Both the position numbers and the translations under genes were made by a program. The notes below the pieces were generated by a model, which worked only from the letters and a program-made list of their open reading frames with translations, made no database searches and was not told the DNA's origin. DNA of 64,000 nucleotides from Phallusia mammillata (lineage: Eukaryota): the NCBI GenBank assembly GCA_965637545.1, contig OZ281495.1:31806001-31870000 (forward strand), written 5' to 3'. Below, one piece after another: positions 12,209 through 23,900 of this stretch (position 1 is its first letter; every line of letters begins with the position of its first letter).

Positions 12209-13355
12209 TACTAAAATCAATAAAGTTATACATCAACCTTGAAAAAAAGCTTGTATTCTAATAACTCCAAACTTTTTCTGAGCTTAACATGAAAACTGCA
12301 ATGAGAAATAGATATTGCGGTATATCGGGATTTTCTTGTCAATGAACGCTCTCTCAAAAAGCAGGTGAATTTGTTCGGTCAAATTTTTGTCACCTGTCCA
12401 AAGACGTCAAGAGTCTACATTGACCAACAGAGCAAATTGGTGAATCTCTTAAATTTCGTTTGTTTCTTTGGTCAAGAACATCTGCCCGTTTTTAAACTGT
12501 GATTGATACCGAGCTTATGCTGTATTAGCAAAATCACAGTGACCTTGTTTTGAGATGGACACCCGCTAGGAAGGTCTTACTACACAGTGAGACGAATAGC
12601 AATTGATAACTTTAATCTGACACGTAATCAACGCGCGTAAATGAAATGTTTATTGGCAGCAGAAAAAGAGAAACAAGCCATGCTTATATGCTGTCCAGGT
12701 GCATCCAGTAAAATGGTGTTTAGATTACAAAACCACCAGTCGTGTTCAGTGTCAGCTTAACCTCGCAGCAAGTGAAGTGATAGAAAGGAACCAGTTGTTT
12801 TGGGAAAGTCGTAACATAAACTTCCCATGAATAGAATTTTTGTCGATATGGAATGTGGTAAAATTTGTTTAGAGTTTTTTGAAAGAAAAATAAATAAACA
12901 AAAAGAAGTCATTACAATTCAAGTCGATGTGGTGTATTGTGATAATTTAAATAGAGATGGCGCCTTGAAGATAATACTCAGTGACAATTGTTTAATTTAA
13001 ATTGAGGATCCCTACTTTTATGGTTGCAGAAGTTAACAGCGGTTTTCACACAACTTGTTCAAATGTTCCACTTATGTTTTAAATTTTTTTGTACAAGATT
13101 AGGTATCACGTAATCGCCACAGTAAAAAACTGTCAAATGTTTGTCGAATTAAACTTGCAGAACTGATTGTGTTTGAAGTTTGAACTGAGCAATATTATGC
13201 CCTTAAACTGGTAGCAGGGTTAGTAACGATCCCCGTTATATGACAAATCATTTCCGTTCTTGCTTTAAACATGTAGAAGTGGTTTGACAAAAACATGAAA
13301 CAATATCAAAAGGTTTGATTTAACAGAGTAAAGGTAACCTATGTGGCCTCTCATG

Positions 13356-13402
13356 TCACTGGTAAAGGCATGAGCATTTGCCGAAACGTTTGAACAATAA
13401 AA
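13356..13402 (+). ncRNA. Degenerate minimal hammerhead motif (same type as 4236-4278)
   Basis: TCA-CTGGTAA-A-GGCA...TGCC-GAAACGTT-TGA, then AATAAA. Stems I and II pair, but the core has A6>G and G8>A. Confidence 0.6.
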
Positions 13403-14121
13403 CATGTCGCTTTATGCTTCTATTTGGGCCGTATTTTCATTATTAAATTTATGAACAGATCCGTGTATAGTGTTCCAGAGTAAAAGTAAACATGTTTAAA
13501 AACCCGCATTTGAAAGTCAAGTCATACATATAACAACCTTTACATTAAACTTTGTTGTTTCACTCAAACACTTTGTAATAGCAAAGCAAGTTTGGTATGA
13601 AGCGTTTAGCTTTTAGTTTGGGCGAAACAATGGTAGAAGAACTCGGAGGAATTTGAGCATTTAAGTCGAGACAATGGCAAATTATATCGCGATCAGCCTC
13701 GAATCCCCAATGACCGGACGTAAGCTGTGAGAGCTGAGGCTTTATCGTCGTGATTTTCGTCCGGCCAAGTGTTTAAGACCCATGGGAGTGAGGTCGCCCT
13801 CGTCTGGTGTCGGTGCGGTCACGTGCTTCGTTGTGCTTGGTTGGTCACTTGACAGACGGGTGAGGTCGTAGTCGGTAAGAAGATTTCGATACAGAATTTC
13901 CAATCGCCAAGTTGTCATAGAAACGAATTTTGTAAAATACAATGTAATCACGTGATTTCTTGTGTTAAATTAACCGCTTGAGCGAAATAGGTCAAAAACC
14001 TGATCAAATGAATCTAGTGATGAGATATTAAATGCTCTTTTAAGCTGAAACTTTGTGTTCTGTTAAGGTAAAAGTGGCGTTGTTGGCTTTCATAAAGGTA
14101 TGTTAGGTCATGTTGTGGGTT

Positions 14122-14255
14122 TATAAAGCTCTTCTTCCGTCCTATACGGGTCGCCTTCATCGGGGGTAAATAACACTGAATGCGACGAAACGTCAGAATA
14201 AAAATACCAGAAGAGTTCCATAGACTTGATATAATGTCTGGCAACAATAGCTTTT
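14122..14255. mobile_element. Second copy of the HHR mini-retroelement, with inverted 5' part
   Basis: 12-bp TSD ATGTTGTGGGTT at 14110-14121 and 14256-14267. Segment 14138-14186 matches the 5' half of the 7018-7142 element in reverse orientation. Segment 14187-14255 (GAAACGTCAG...GCAACAATAGCTT) is the 3' half in forward orientation. Confidence 0.85.
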
Positions 14256-14705
14256 ATGTTGTGGGTTGTTTGACATTTACCACATAAACATTACAATTGT
14301 TCTCGTTTTGTCACATGACGTGTCACGCATGAGTGCCCGTCTGACGGACAGCTGGTTCATGGTCAGTAGGGTTTGCAGCAATTACGACAAATTTGCGTAA
14401 TTAATAGGTCAGGCGGGTGGATATTGGCAGGATAGTCGGAGTGCTGCGGCGTGCCAGCCACGACAAATGGTGTTTAGGCGAGTCAAGCTACGAATCGAGG
14501 TCGTCATTTCCTCAAGTTCGAGACTCAACGTAGATTCATCGCTGGAATCCTTGAGAAGTTACGTCATTAGGGGTTATGTTTGGTCGTTACTTGGGGTTAT
14601 TCTGGGTCGTTACTGGGGGGGTTATGGTGGGTTATTGTGTTAAAGGGACTTAATTCTGGGTTGTTACCTCAGTGGTGGGGGGTGGGCGTCGAGGTGTTAC
14701 GTCAT

Positions 14706-14718
14706 TGTGTGTGTGTGT

Positions 14719-14749
<31 letters not shown>
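14706..14749. repeat. (TG)n microsatellite followed by a G17 run
   Basis: Read directly from the sequence. Confidence 0.95.
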
Positions 14750-15338
14750 TCCTGACGTAGTTACGTCATCGAGGGGTTAGGCTAAGTTCGTTTTAGCAAG
14801 GTGTCTTCAATATGGGACTCCTTATTTTGTTTTTTTCCTAAGGGCTCTGTTTTTGGCGATTTGCAGAATATGAAGGTAAATTAATGTGCGTTGTGCGCTA
14901 AGAATGCCCTCTTCCGCCTCTAGTGTCCAACCTTGTCGATCAAGTGAAAACTTTTGTCTCAAAATGCACAGAAACGGTCGTGTTGATTATTGAACGCAAT
15001 ACTAAACCACTCACGAAAGCACAATTACCATCTCAATAGCTTGCAAAGCAACATTCAACTTCAACAACGACCCTTAAAGAAAACCAGAAGATTTTGTAAT
15101 AAATTAAAACAAAAAACTTACCTAAATTTGCATAAATTTAAAATGGCGGACTTGTATTATGGAAGCAATTGAACACTCTGCAGTGAGTTAATGAGAAACA
15201 GTTCAAATATTGGCATCGCTTTACGTAAACCTGCAATCATTGTCATAATGAATATGATGAGAGATTGCGTGTGATTCGGTCTTCGCCACACCTTTACAAG
15301 CCGATACTCTGCTTGGTTGGTTAAATATTTAACTTTAA

Positions 15339-15946
15339 AGGGGATTTACGCACATTTCTTGCGTGCGTGTATGAAGCAACTATCTGTAACGTTTCAAGCA
15401 GGTCAATATTTCACGGAAAGTTTTCAGAGTAATTTGTGAATAAAATGTATTCAAGCATACAACCAACAGCTTATCGACCTTCCGACCATTTGTTTGATGT
15501 CTTGTGACCAGATGCACTAATAGGCCTGTTTAGGTCGAAACATATATGCACTGTCTGCACCTTACTTAACATTGATGGGATTGGTGTTTTTATACTGTTG
15601 CTTGTCTTAAGCGTAAATGAAGCATGTGAATATGTGGGAAACATTTTTTTCGAAAAAGGGGAAAAGTATTGCTCTGTTTACTAATTACGTGAAGCATACA
15701 TTTTTTTCACTCCAGTTTTTTCTTAATGTTTTGTCGCGGAACTTGTCCTTGCGGTTTTGCCATGTTTAGTTTCACGAATTTTGACAAAGCTTACACAACT
15801 GGTAGATATGGTGTTAAAGCTGTTTGAAAAAGCATTCGCTTTGCAACACAATGTTCTTGAATCTATATCTTCCCAAGCAAGTGATAAAATGTCACTTTAA
15901 AGGTGGCATCCTTTTTTCGATTCATATTTTTTCACCCAGTTCTCCT
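15339..15946. mobile_element. Possible pair of adjacent TTAA-flanked (Kolobok-like) non-autonomous elements
   Basis: TTAA at 15335-38, 15897-900 and 15947-50 delimits AGGGGA...GTCACT and AGGTGG...TCTCCT. Termini are RR...YY type, but TIR similarity is weak and TTAA is common here. Confidence 0.25.
15511..15568 (+). ncRNA. Degenerate hammerhead of the 7242-7298 family
   Basis: TGCA-CTAATAG-GCCTGTTTAGGTC-GAAACATATATGCACTGTC-TGCA-CCTTACTT. Shares ATGCACTGTCTG..CTTACTT with 7282-7303; the catalytic core is mutated. Confidence 0.65.
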
Positions 15947-17034
15947 TTAAGCTTTAGTCAATGTCTGGTCTGGATATAGACCTGGTGAAAATCACAGGTT
16001 TTGCCTGGCACGAGTCTCAAACACCTGCCGTAATTATCCACAAATGTCCACAAATCCATGAGATTATGCCTTCAAAGAACCCTTTATGCCTTCAAAGAAG
16101 TATTCAGGTGTCAGAAATAGGATTTTTTATAGTAACCTGCACGTTAGTATCCATTTTTTATCAGTTTTATAATTACGCGGAAAACTATGCCTAAATTATG
16201 TTGCAAAGATTTAAAATTAAAAACTGATTGGTTGGTGTTTTAAATGGAATTTAGGAAGCGGATTTAATCATATAGAATACTTTGTGCGGTGTTTCCAATT
16301 ACAAAATATTTTATCTTTGGAGACGCTGTAAGCTGTAGTAGTTTTTCGTGCTGTATTTTTTTTAAACACTGCATCTCTGCGAAAACCCAATCCGCTCGTG
16401 GAGAAGAGAAACCGAAAAACCCAGCGCAACAAGCGATCAATTTAAACTCGCGTCGCACAAAAGCGTTCACGACAAGTCGCCCTGTTTGCGGAACTCGAAC
16501 CTCTGCTAACGTCATGGGGTATGAGGGGGTCACAGACAGCCCCCTAAGCCCCACGGAGTTTACCCCAACCCTCAAGGATCGATGTCCTGAGCGCGAGGAG
16601 GCTGTTTGTTTAGATAAGCAACCCCCCTGGTGTCGTTCAATCAGCTTTGAAATGTCGCTGGTCCCTTTTCTCTCTCGTTGATGATCGCACAGAAGAATGT
16701 TAAGCATTCGTAAACCCCTTGTTTTTGTGTTGTTTGTGGTAGAATAAATTATGAAGTTCGGCCTAAAGCTCTAACGCTTAGCGTTGCTCTCCATCTCAGG
16801 CCGCTTGTACTGTGTTCAGGTTAGCAATTGACCTTTCTGTTTATGGTTAGTGTAACCTGTCGCTGTGTTTTGTTTAGACGTCTGAATGTTTTGAGGCTGG
16901 GGTTTTGAAATTTTCTCTCACATTTGTACATGGAAGTTTTCACTTTGCCAATTTAGATGTCGCGTAATAACATGCGTTTTTGTTTGTTTGCAGAAAACTT
17001 GTGTAAGGTTTTAAGGTGCAAGTTAAAAGTGTTT

Positions 17035-17133
17035 CAAGTTTATGGAGCTCTTCTGGCAGTTGCATTTTTAAAATACAATTGCCAGAAGAGCTCTATAAAC
17101 TTGATATTATGCCTGGAAGCAATAGCTTACATA
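17035..17133. mobile_element. Third, 5'-truncated and fold-back copy of the mini-retroelement (no HHR left)
   Basis: 12-bp TSD TTAAAAGTGTTT at 17023-17034 and 17134-17145. Near-perfect palindrome at 17034-17104. Tail identical in type to 7018-7065 and 14206-14255. Confidence 0.85.
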
Positions 17134-17809
17134 TTAAAAGTGTTTGGATCTGCATTCTGAAGGAGACAGATTTTCATCTTTCACAGTTTAATGTTCTTGT
17201 CTTTTTTCCCTGTACTTGTCAGTGCAGTTTTGGCATCAAGTGTTTTCCAAACTTAGATAAATGTTTTACACGATGTATATATGGTCATAAAGTGGTGGTG
17301 TGTAAGTTGTCACTTGGAAACGGTAATTACCACTTTTTCTAGAACGATGCGTTTTTCGTGCAATGTTGATACTGCCTGGCACTACAAACGAAAAGTGTAT
17401 GTGCATATGCTAAGTACAGTTAAAACAAAATCGTAATGATAGAAAATGTTTATAACCCACAATTAAACCACCAGCTTTTGAAATAAAGAAAGTTTAAATT
17501 TGATACAAATTGGACGACGCATAGAGCATGTCACCATTTCCGCTGGCAAATTTGAAAACAATTGCAAAATAATACAGTGAACATTTTTGTTTTATAGGCC
17601 ATATAGTGTATAGGAAATGGTCTTTAGGTGAAAACCACTGTTCTAATTTATAAAATATTTTGTTCCTATCGGGCTCGAAGAAACTTTTCAAGCAAGGATT
17701 CCTACAGCACACCAAAGTAAGTCAAGTATTTGAAACTAAATTGTTTTTTTTTCATTGCGTCTGTTCAAACTTTAACCCAGTCTGGCATTATTATGTTGAT
17801 GTGACAATA

Positions 17810-17868
17810 CAGCGATGGGCTTAAAAGTGCCTTGAAATCGCGAGGTTCGTGGTTCAAACCCGCCCCCT
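17810..17868 (+). mobile_element. tRNA-derived SINE head fragment
   Basis: B-box-like GGTTCAAACCC after GAGGTTCGT; no complete cloverleaf. Confidence 0.45.
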
Positions 17869-18601
17869 TATGTCATTTAAGTGCAAACCACTGGAGGAAG
17901 GCTTAATTTTAAGATATGTAGAGATTGTTAGAGATATTATTTCATACATTGGTAATGCTTGCAAAGGGGCAAGTTAAGTAATAAAATGGTAATTTAGCTC
18001 TACAAATCCTAATGGTGTAATTATAGAAAACTGCTAGCCGTTATACATTTCCAAACATTTTTTTTTCAAAACGTTTTGGTTGCATGTTTTATGCTGGTTA
18101 CATTGTTATTGGTGACTGTGCATGTTGTTTAGCTTCAATTGTGTTTAGTTTGTGAAAAAAAATCGTTGCCCCAGGGATGTTTGCACACTACGCTGGTGAA
18201 ACAATTTATCGCGTTTCGTATTCATCCGCTCGCGGTTAACACCAACCTTCGACAACCCTCTATGACGTAATAGTTGACGGGGTCGCGCGCGGTCGCATGT
18301 TTATCGAATTAACACACCGGTGTCATAATGGCGGCGTCGCGACGCGTGGCGACGAAAAACAATGAGTCAGAACCAGAAAGGATTGAAGTTCGAAAAATGA
18401 ACAACAAGATGCGGGGTTTCAGTTGCGTTTTTGTCTCGGTTTCCATTTACGGTGAAACACACAGGTCGCGTTGGTGACCTATTTGTTGTTTGTTCGAAAA
18501 CAGAAATTTCGGCTTTCAGTCGAACTCTGTAATCTGATTAGATATGAAACGGGAACTCGTATTGGATTTAACTTTGAATCTGTGCATAATATTGATGCAT
18601 A

Positions 18602-18760
18602 CAGTGGTGGGATTCAGTTTTTTTGTCAGTCGGTTCTATCACAGAAGTCATATTTTTCAGCCGGTTCTGTTACAAAGTCCATTGACAGTAACTAGTAATG
18701 CTAACCGGTCCGCTGATATCATAAAATTTCGTGAGACGGTTCTATAGAACTGGTGCCAAC
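18602..18760 (+). mobile_element. 5' portion of a hAT-like MITE
   Basis: Terminus CAGTGGTGGGATTCAG with repeated subterminal (CC)GGTTC motifs; no matching 3' TIR found. Confidence 0.55.
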
Positions 18761-20917
18761 AACTTGGATGAGTGACACAGAATCACATGACGGCCACTAA
18801 GACTTTTCTTTAGAGTGCAAACTCATTTGTTTCATCAAAACAGTCGATTTTCACGGAAAGTTCTAATATAATTAAGTAATGGACAGTTTTCATTTTTAGC
18901 AGTTGATCATAAATCTTCAATTTCACGGTTGCCTTCACTTGAAATTCGTTTAATAGTTAGCCAAAAAAATAAAGTAAAGATTGTGGACAAAAGAACTGTT
19001 ACAGAAGGAATACATAGCCTTCCAAACAACAACCCACAAATCTTTGTTGCTTATGAAGTCGAAGCGAAATGTGGAGCCTTATTGTCATAGAACCTTAACT
19101 GATACCAATATTGTAATACAATTACACTATACATGAAGGATTTTAAACCAACAGTTGCAACATTAACCGAACAATTGCGACATAAAAAGCTTGTTATGTT
19201 GTACATTTCTGAAAACTGTCCACATTAAAAAACACTATACACGGACTTGAAAAGTAATTTAATCATAAACATTACTGCCAAGGTACTGTCCACATTGCTT
19301 TGTTTGTATAACATGAAAACAAATTGACATCGACATGAAATTAAAAACCTGAACCGAGGTATTCTAGCAAAACGACAAATTGACCAAATTATCATCAAAA
19401 GCTAATGTTGGAATAAAAGTCGTATTGAACAAGTCCCAAATGTTCGTACGACAGAAAAAGTCAAAAACTTTTCTAAATGCCGCAAATATATGTAGACTGA
19501 TCATTAAGGACAAGTTTTGCGCTCATCGCTCGCGTTTTATCGCTCCCATTTCCGCGAAATCCAACGATCGTGACGTTTTTAAAACACGAATAAAGCCCAA
19601 ATTTGAACAAACTCTTTAAATCTTGCGACGCCTGTACCAAGGTCTGACATCTGTGTGGAGCTGTGCAAATGTATATGAGGCCAATTGTGGTTTATTTTCT
19701 TGTTCGTTCATTTTGGCGAAGTTCGGGAGAAACGCCGGGTTTAAGTAAATTGATTAAATTTATCATTAGACTTGTTATAAGGCATTGAAGACCAGGACAC
19801 AACTCAGCATTCACATACCAACCGATATCTTGTTGTACAAACATACAAGGTTTCGATATAGTTTCTATTGTAATCGTCAGTTAAAATGTGTACACTCAGA
19901 TATTGACTTATATCTTCTCACTTAAAATATTTTGAACCGTGAATTGTGTACCTAAGACACAACTGTTTCATCAGTTACAATCATCAATCGTCTTCCATGC
20001 ATCACCATTCAGGCAAGGCTAAACTATTTACTTTACGGTGGGGTTCGAACTATCGACTCATGCCTCAAAACTCCATATACTTCCGCCTACATACCGTATA
20101 TATTTACAATTACTTCCCTACAAGGTAATTTTTATCACCTTGTTATACACTTCTGTAGGAATAAACGCAGCCCAATATTAAGTCAGCTTTACTTTCAGAA
20201 TGTTATTTGGTGTATAAGGTGTTTTGGAGATTGCATTGTTCAATGAAACTCATCGTTAGTAGAAAACCTCTTTCATTTAAACAGCACAAGACGCAACAAG
20301 GTCACGGTTACTTTTAAAATACTAAGCCACCTCTTAAACCGCATCAATAGCCGCGGTTTCAGCAACACACTAAATCGCATTAACCCAAAGTCGCAGCGAT
20401 TAATTCCTGCCAAACCAGTTGTGCAGTTGAATTTGCGCCAGAATTCGGTCTACGCCGAACGGGAGAATCTAACTATTCGATTTATCGCATCACTTATAAC
20501 TAAGAATGTGTTGTAAAGGCCTGAAACAAGTACTTCCCAAACTGTGGGCCGCGAACCATTACTTTAATTGACAAGGAAAAATAAAGACTTTCATGTGCTA
20601 TATTATTATATATAATAATCTCTTTTCGCATTTGTTGACTAATTTGACGCAACAAATAGTCATGTTAAATGTACGAAACTTAGTTAAAGGCGAGTAAAAC
20701 AAAACTGGGAATCACTAACTTAAACGAAAGTCGGTCGAATTTGCCGATTGTAGTTTGTTTTTCGACAAAACCTACATGTAGTCTAACACCTGCTTGTTCC
20801 AGCGACTTGTCGTACATATGTTTGACAATGCTATATAACGGCATAAACGGCAGAGAACCGCAGAGAAACGGCAGAGAACCACTGAAGTCGCTGGACTGTA
20901 AGCTTAATAAACCTTTC

Positions 20918-20953
20918 AGTACGGTCGGATTCGAACCCACGACCCCGAGATAT
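20918..20953 (-). mobile_element. tRNA(Lys)-like SINE head fragment
   Basis: Minus strand ATCTCGGGGTCGTGGGTTCGAATCCG resembles the tRNA-Lys(CUU) variable/T-arm; 5' half not recognisable. Confidence 0.5.
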
Positions 20954-23900
20954 TGCGAAGTTGCGGTGGCAACAATGTTGGGCAAAAATCTCATCCAAAA
21001 AAATATCGTGGAGATTATCAAATCGGCCAAATACATCCACTGTGAACGAAATACGCACGTGTTTTAGTGCAGTTTACAGGAACAGTAGATAAAATGTTTA
21101 CCTTGCTTTAGCCAAAATGAGCTTAAAAATTTCAAAGACGAGTTTTTGGCCCGAACACGCCCGTACAAATATACAGAGAGAAAAAACGCAAGTAAATCTC
21201 GGCGCGTGACGATTCTACTTTACCCGTATCATGTCCGATATGCTTACGCGAGCTGCTGTCACTGCGTGGCGCCAAATCAACGACAAATTCGACAGTTACG
21301 ATCGAAACGGACGAAAGATAGCGAAGATTTACCGAGTCACGTGACTGTAACGAATCGGCGATCTCTCGCGTAGAGACTTGATTGATGGAAGGGACCCGCG
21401 TCGCTACAATAAACTTAGAACGCGAGCGAAGATTGCTGGCACTGATACGTCACAATGCAATGTCGCGCGATGCACATCGTCGAGCGCGCGCGTTCCTAGA
21501 AGTAACAAGCTCACGTTTTATTGCAAAGGTTTTCGAAAAGGTCGCGATGCCACCACGGGATTAACGAATTTGGCCAACACATCGCGCGACGCGATTCTAG
21601 ATCTTGATGAGAGTGCTCGAGAAGCTTTTGCGTGTGGCATCGACGTTTATGCAGCTCATTCTACAATGGCAGGTCGAAATACGGGTTTGCACGCGCGAGC
21701 ACTATGCGCTATTTATAGAATTTAACGCGACTTTTGAAATGTCATCGCGACCTCGGTAAATCGATTCGAATTTTCTTTGTTGTTGATTGTGACCGGATAA
21801 AGACAGATGCGTGCGTCTTTCTTGTTTGTGTGGAATGTGGTTTGCTGTTCTTGGACTTTGTATTGCAAAATTACAGAGTCGCATTTTGACCACCCTGAGC
21901 GACGTTACATGTTAAAAGTAATTTTAAACGGATAAAAAAAAACACTTTCAGTGACGTTTAAAGTTCACTAACTAATCCTTATTATTCAAGAGACTGTTTC
22001 ATTCCAATCCGTTGCATAACGATTTGACGTTGCGCAGCTTTTTCCGACTTGGTGTTGGTCTTAGTTGATTTGTTTCTTTAAGTTTTCTTTCACTAAAACA
22101 AAAACCTCAACTGAACCCAACACATTGAATATCTCTAAATGAACAGTTAACATCCGATCAACGCAACGAATATGTAAGCAGTTTGTTTGGACATGAAGAT
22201 TTACGAGTCTGTTGAATGAAATATTGAGCTGGTAACGCAATTTTCACGTAAAAGTGACAGAGGAATGTTTACACTAAAAAAATCGCACATCCAAGACGGA
22301 TTTCTGAAAACAAACAATCACACGTAACAGAACAGACTGAACCTTTAGCGAAAATAAGATGGTCGGTGCTTGCGCAAAGTCTTCAACACATGATTTTCGC
22401 ATTTTGTTTTCCTTCAACACAGCCCCTGGTAACAGGAAGTGGTTAACGGTCAGCCTTATCAAAGCGCACACAACAACAATTTTGCAAACAACCAAAAACA
22501 AAATACAGAAAACAAAAAGAGTCTGACAACATTACAACACCAACACTAAGACAAGTGGTTTTGCTGTCGTTTTTTTGTGTGCCAGCGAAGTGGTAAAGAT
22601 TCGGCATGTTTACAAATTGGAAGTGGTCGGAAAACGCAACGTTGCCGCTGTTTGGCCGAGCGACAAATTATCCACAGGCAATCCTTGCAGCCGTTGTTCA
22701 CCACCAGGCAAAGGTCGCCGCTTGCAGATTATTTAAAATGTCTTGGTTGACAACATGACCTTGTACGCTCGTCGTGCGCTTGATAAATGACCTTGGACGT
22801 CGCCAAGGGCCGCAACCTCCCGCACGAGGACTTGATAAATTTTTATCTCCCGTAAATAAACTAAAAACATCGCAAGGTCTACTGCTTCGGGTGTCGATTA
22901 TCGCAAGTTGAATCAAAGAAGCGCCTTCAGTCTACCTCATTCCGAGAAACCGTCGCGCTGTTGTCCCGATTTCGCAGCAAACCGATGTTTTGTGTCAAAC
23001 CCATCAACACCTGCCAGCCGCGTCGCGTATATTTGCTGTCAGTTAGGAGCTTAAAGGTAAATCGCAATCTTGCCTGATCACGGGGTCACCGGTTGACTTT
23101 GGTCGCCCAAAGTTTGAATCACAATAAACAATGGGGATGACTATCTCGCCCTCATCCGAGGAGCGCAGCTTAAATATCCGTAACACTTCCCTGGTTGGCA
23201 TCGAGACTCGAGCTCTAATCCCTTGTTGCGGTGCAGAAGTGTAATATCAAAATGTATCGTGGTTTTCGAATGGTCATAACACATAAATACATGCCGTCAT
23301 CATAGGGAATACTTTCGAAGTATTTTAACCACGTACAGGTAGAAATGCACTCGTCTTGATTAAACCGTCTTGATTAAACCAAGGAAATTGGGTTTAGAGA
23401 TTATAAAGATTACATCCATGCACTTGCACTTTTTCGATGCGAATTAATAAGAAAGATTTCACCAACTTGTGTTAGTTGTTTGTCAACATTCCGACTATTT
23501 CTATCCTGAAGTGACTTTTATGTGAGGAACGTTACACAAGAATAACAACCACAGTTAAAAGTAATGGTAGCCTAAACATTCTATCCCTCTTAATATTATG
23601 TACGCATAAAACAAGTGGAGAAAAAGTCCATAGAAAATGTGTAAATGTTGGAATGTGTGAAGAAACTTCAACGTCTGTGAAACTGAGTCACTAATAAAGG
23701 GCACAACTTTCCAAACTTAGTTGTTCACAACGAGTAACCAATGACAAGTAATGTCAAATATTCCAGCCATCTCACTGACTTTCGTGTCTCTGAAACACGA
23801 AAACGCATGACACACGAATTCCTTGACGGATTTTATTTCCACGCGTCGACACGCTGTGCAAATTCCAACACCTTATAATATGACTCCCGCTAAAACCCCT

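Noticed and set aside
13765-13825. Very degenerate HHR-family relic and a GIY-YIG-like RLEILY peptide in ORF 13742-13951
   Set aside because: Core (CAGACGA, TTAAAC) is too mutated and peptide similarity is only a few residues; not enough to call.
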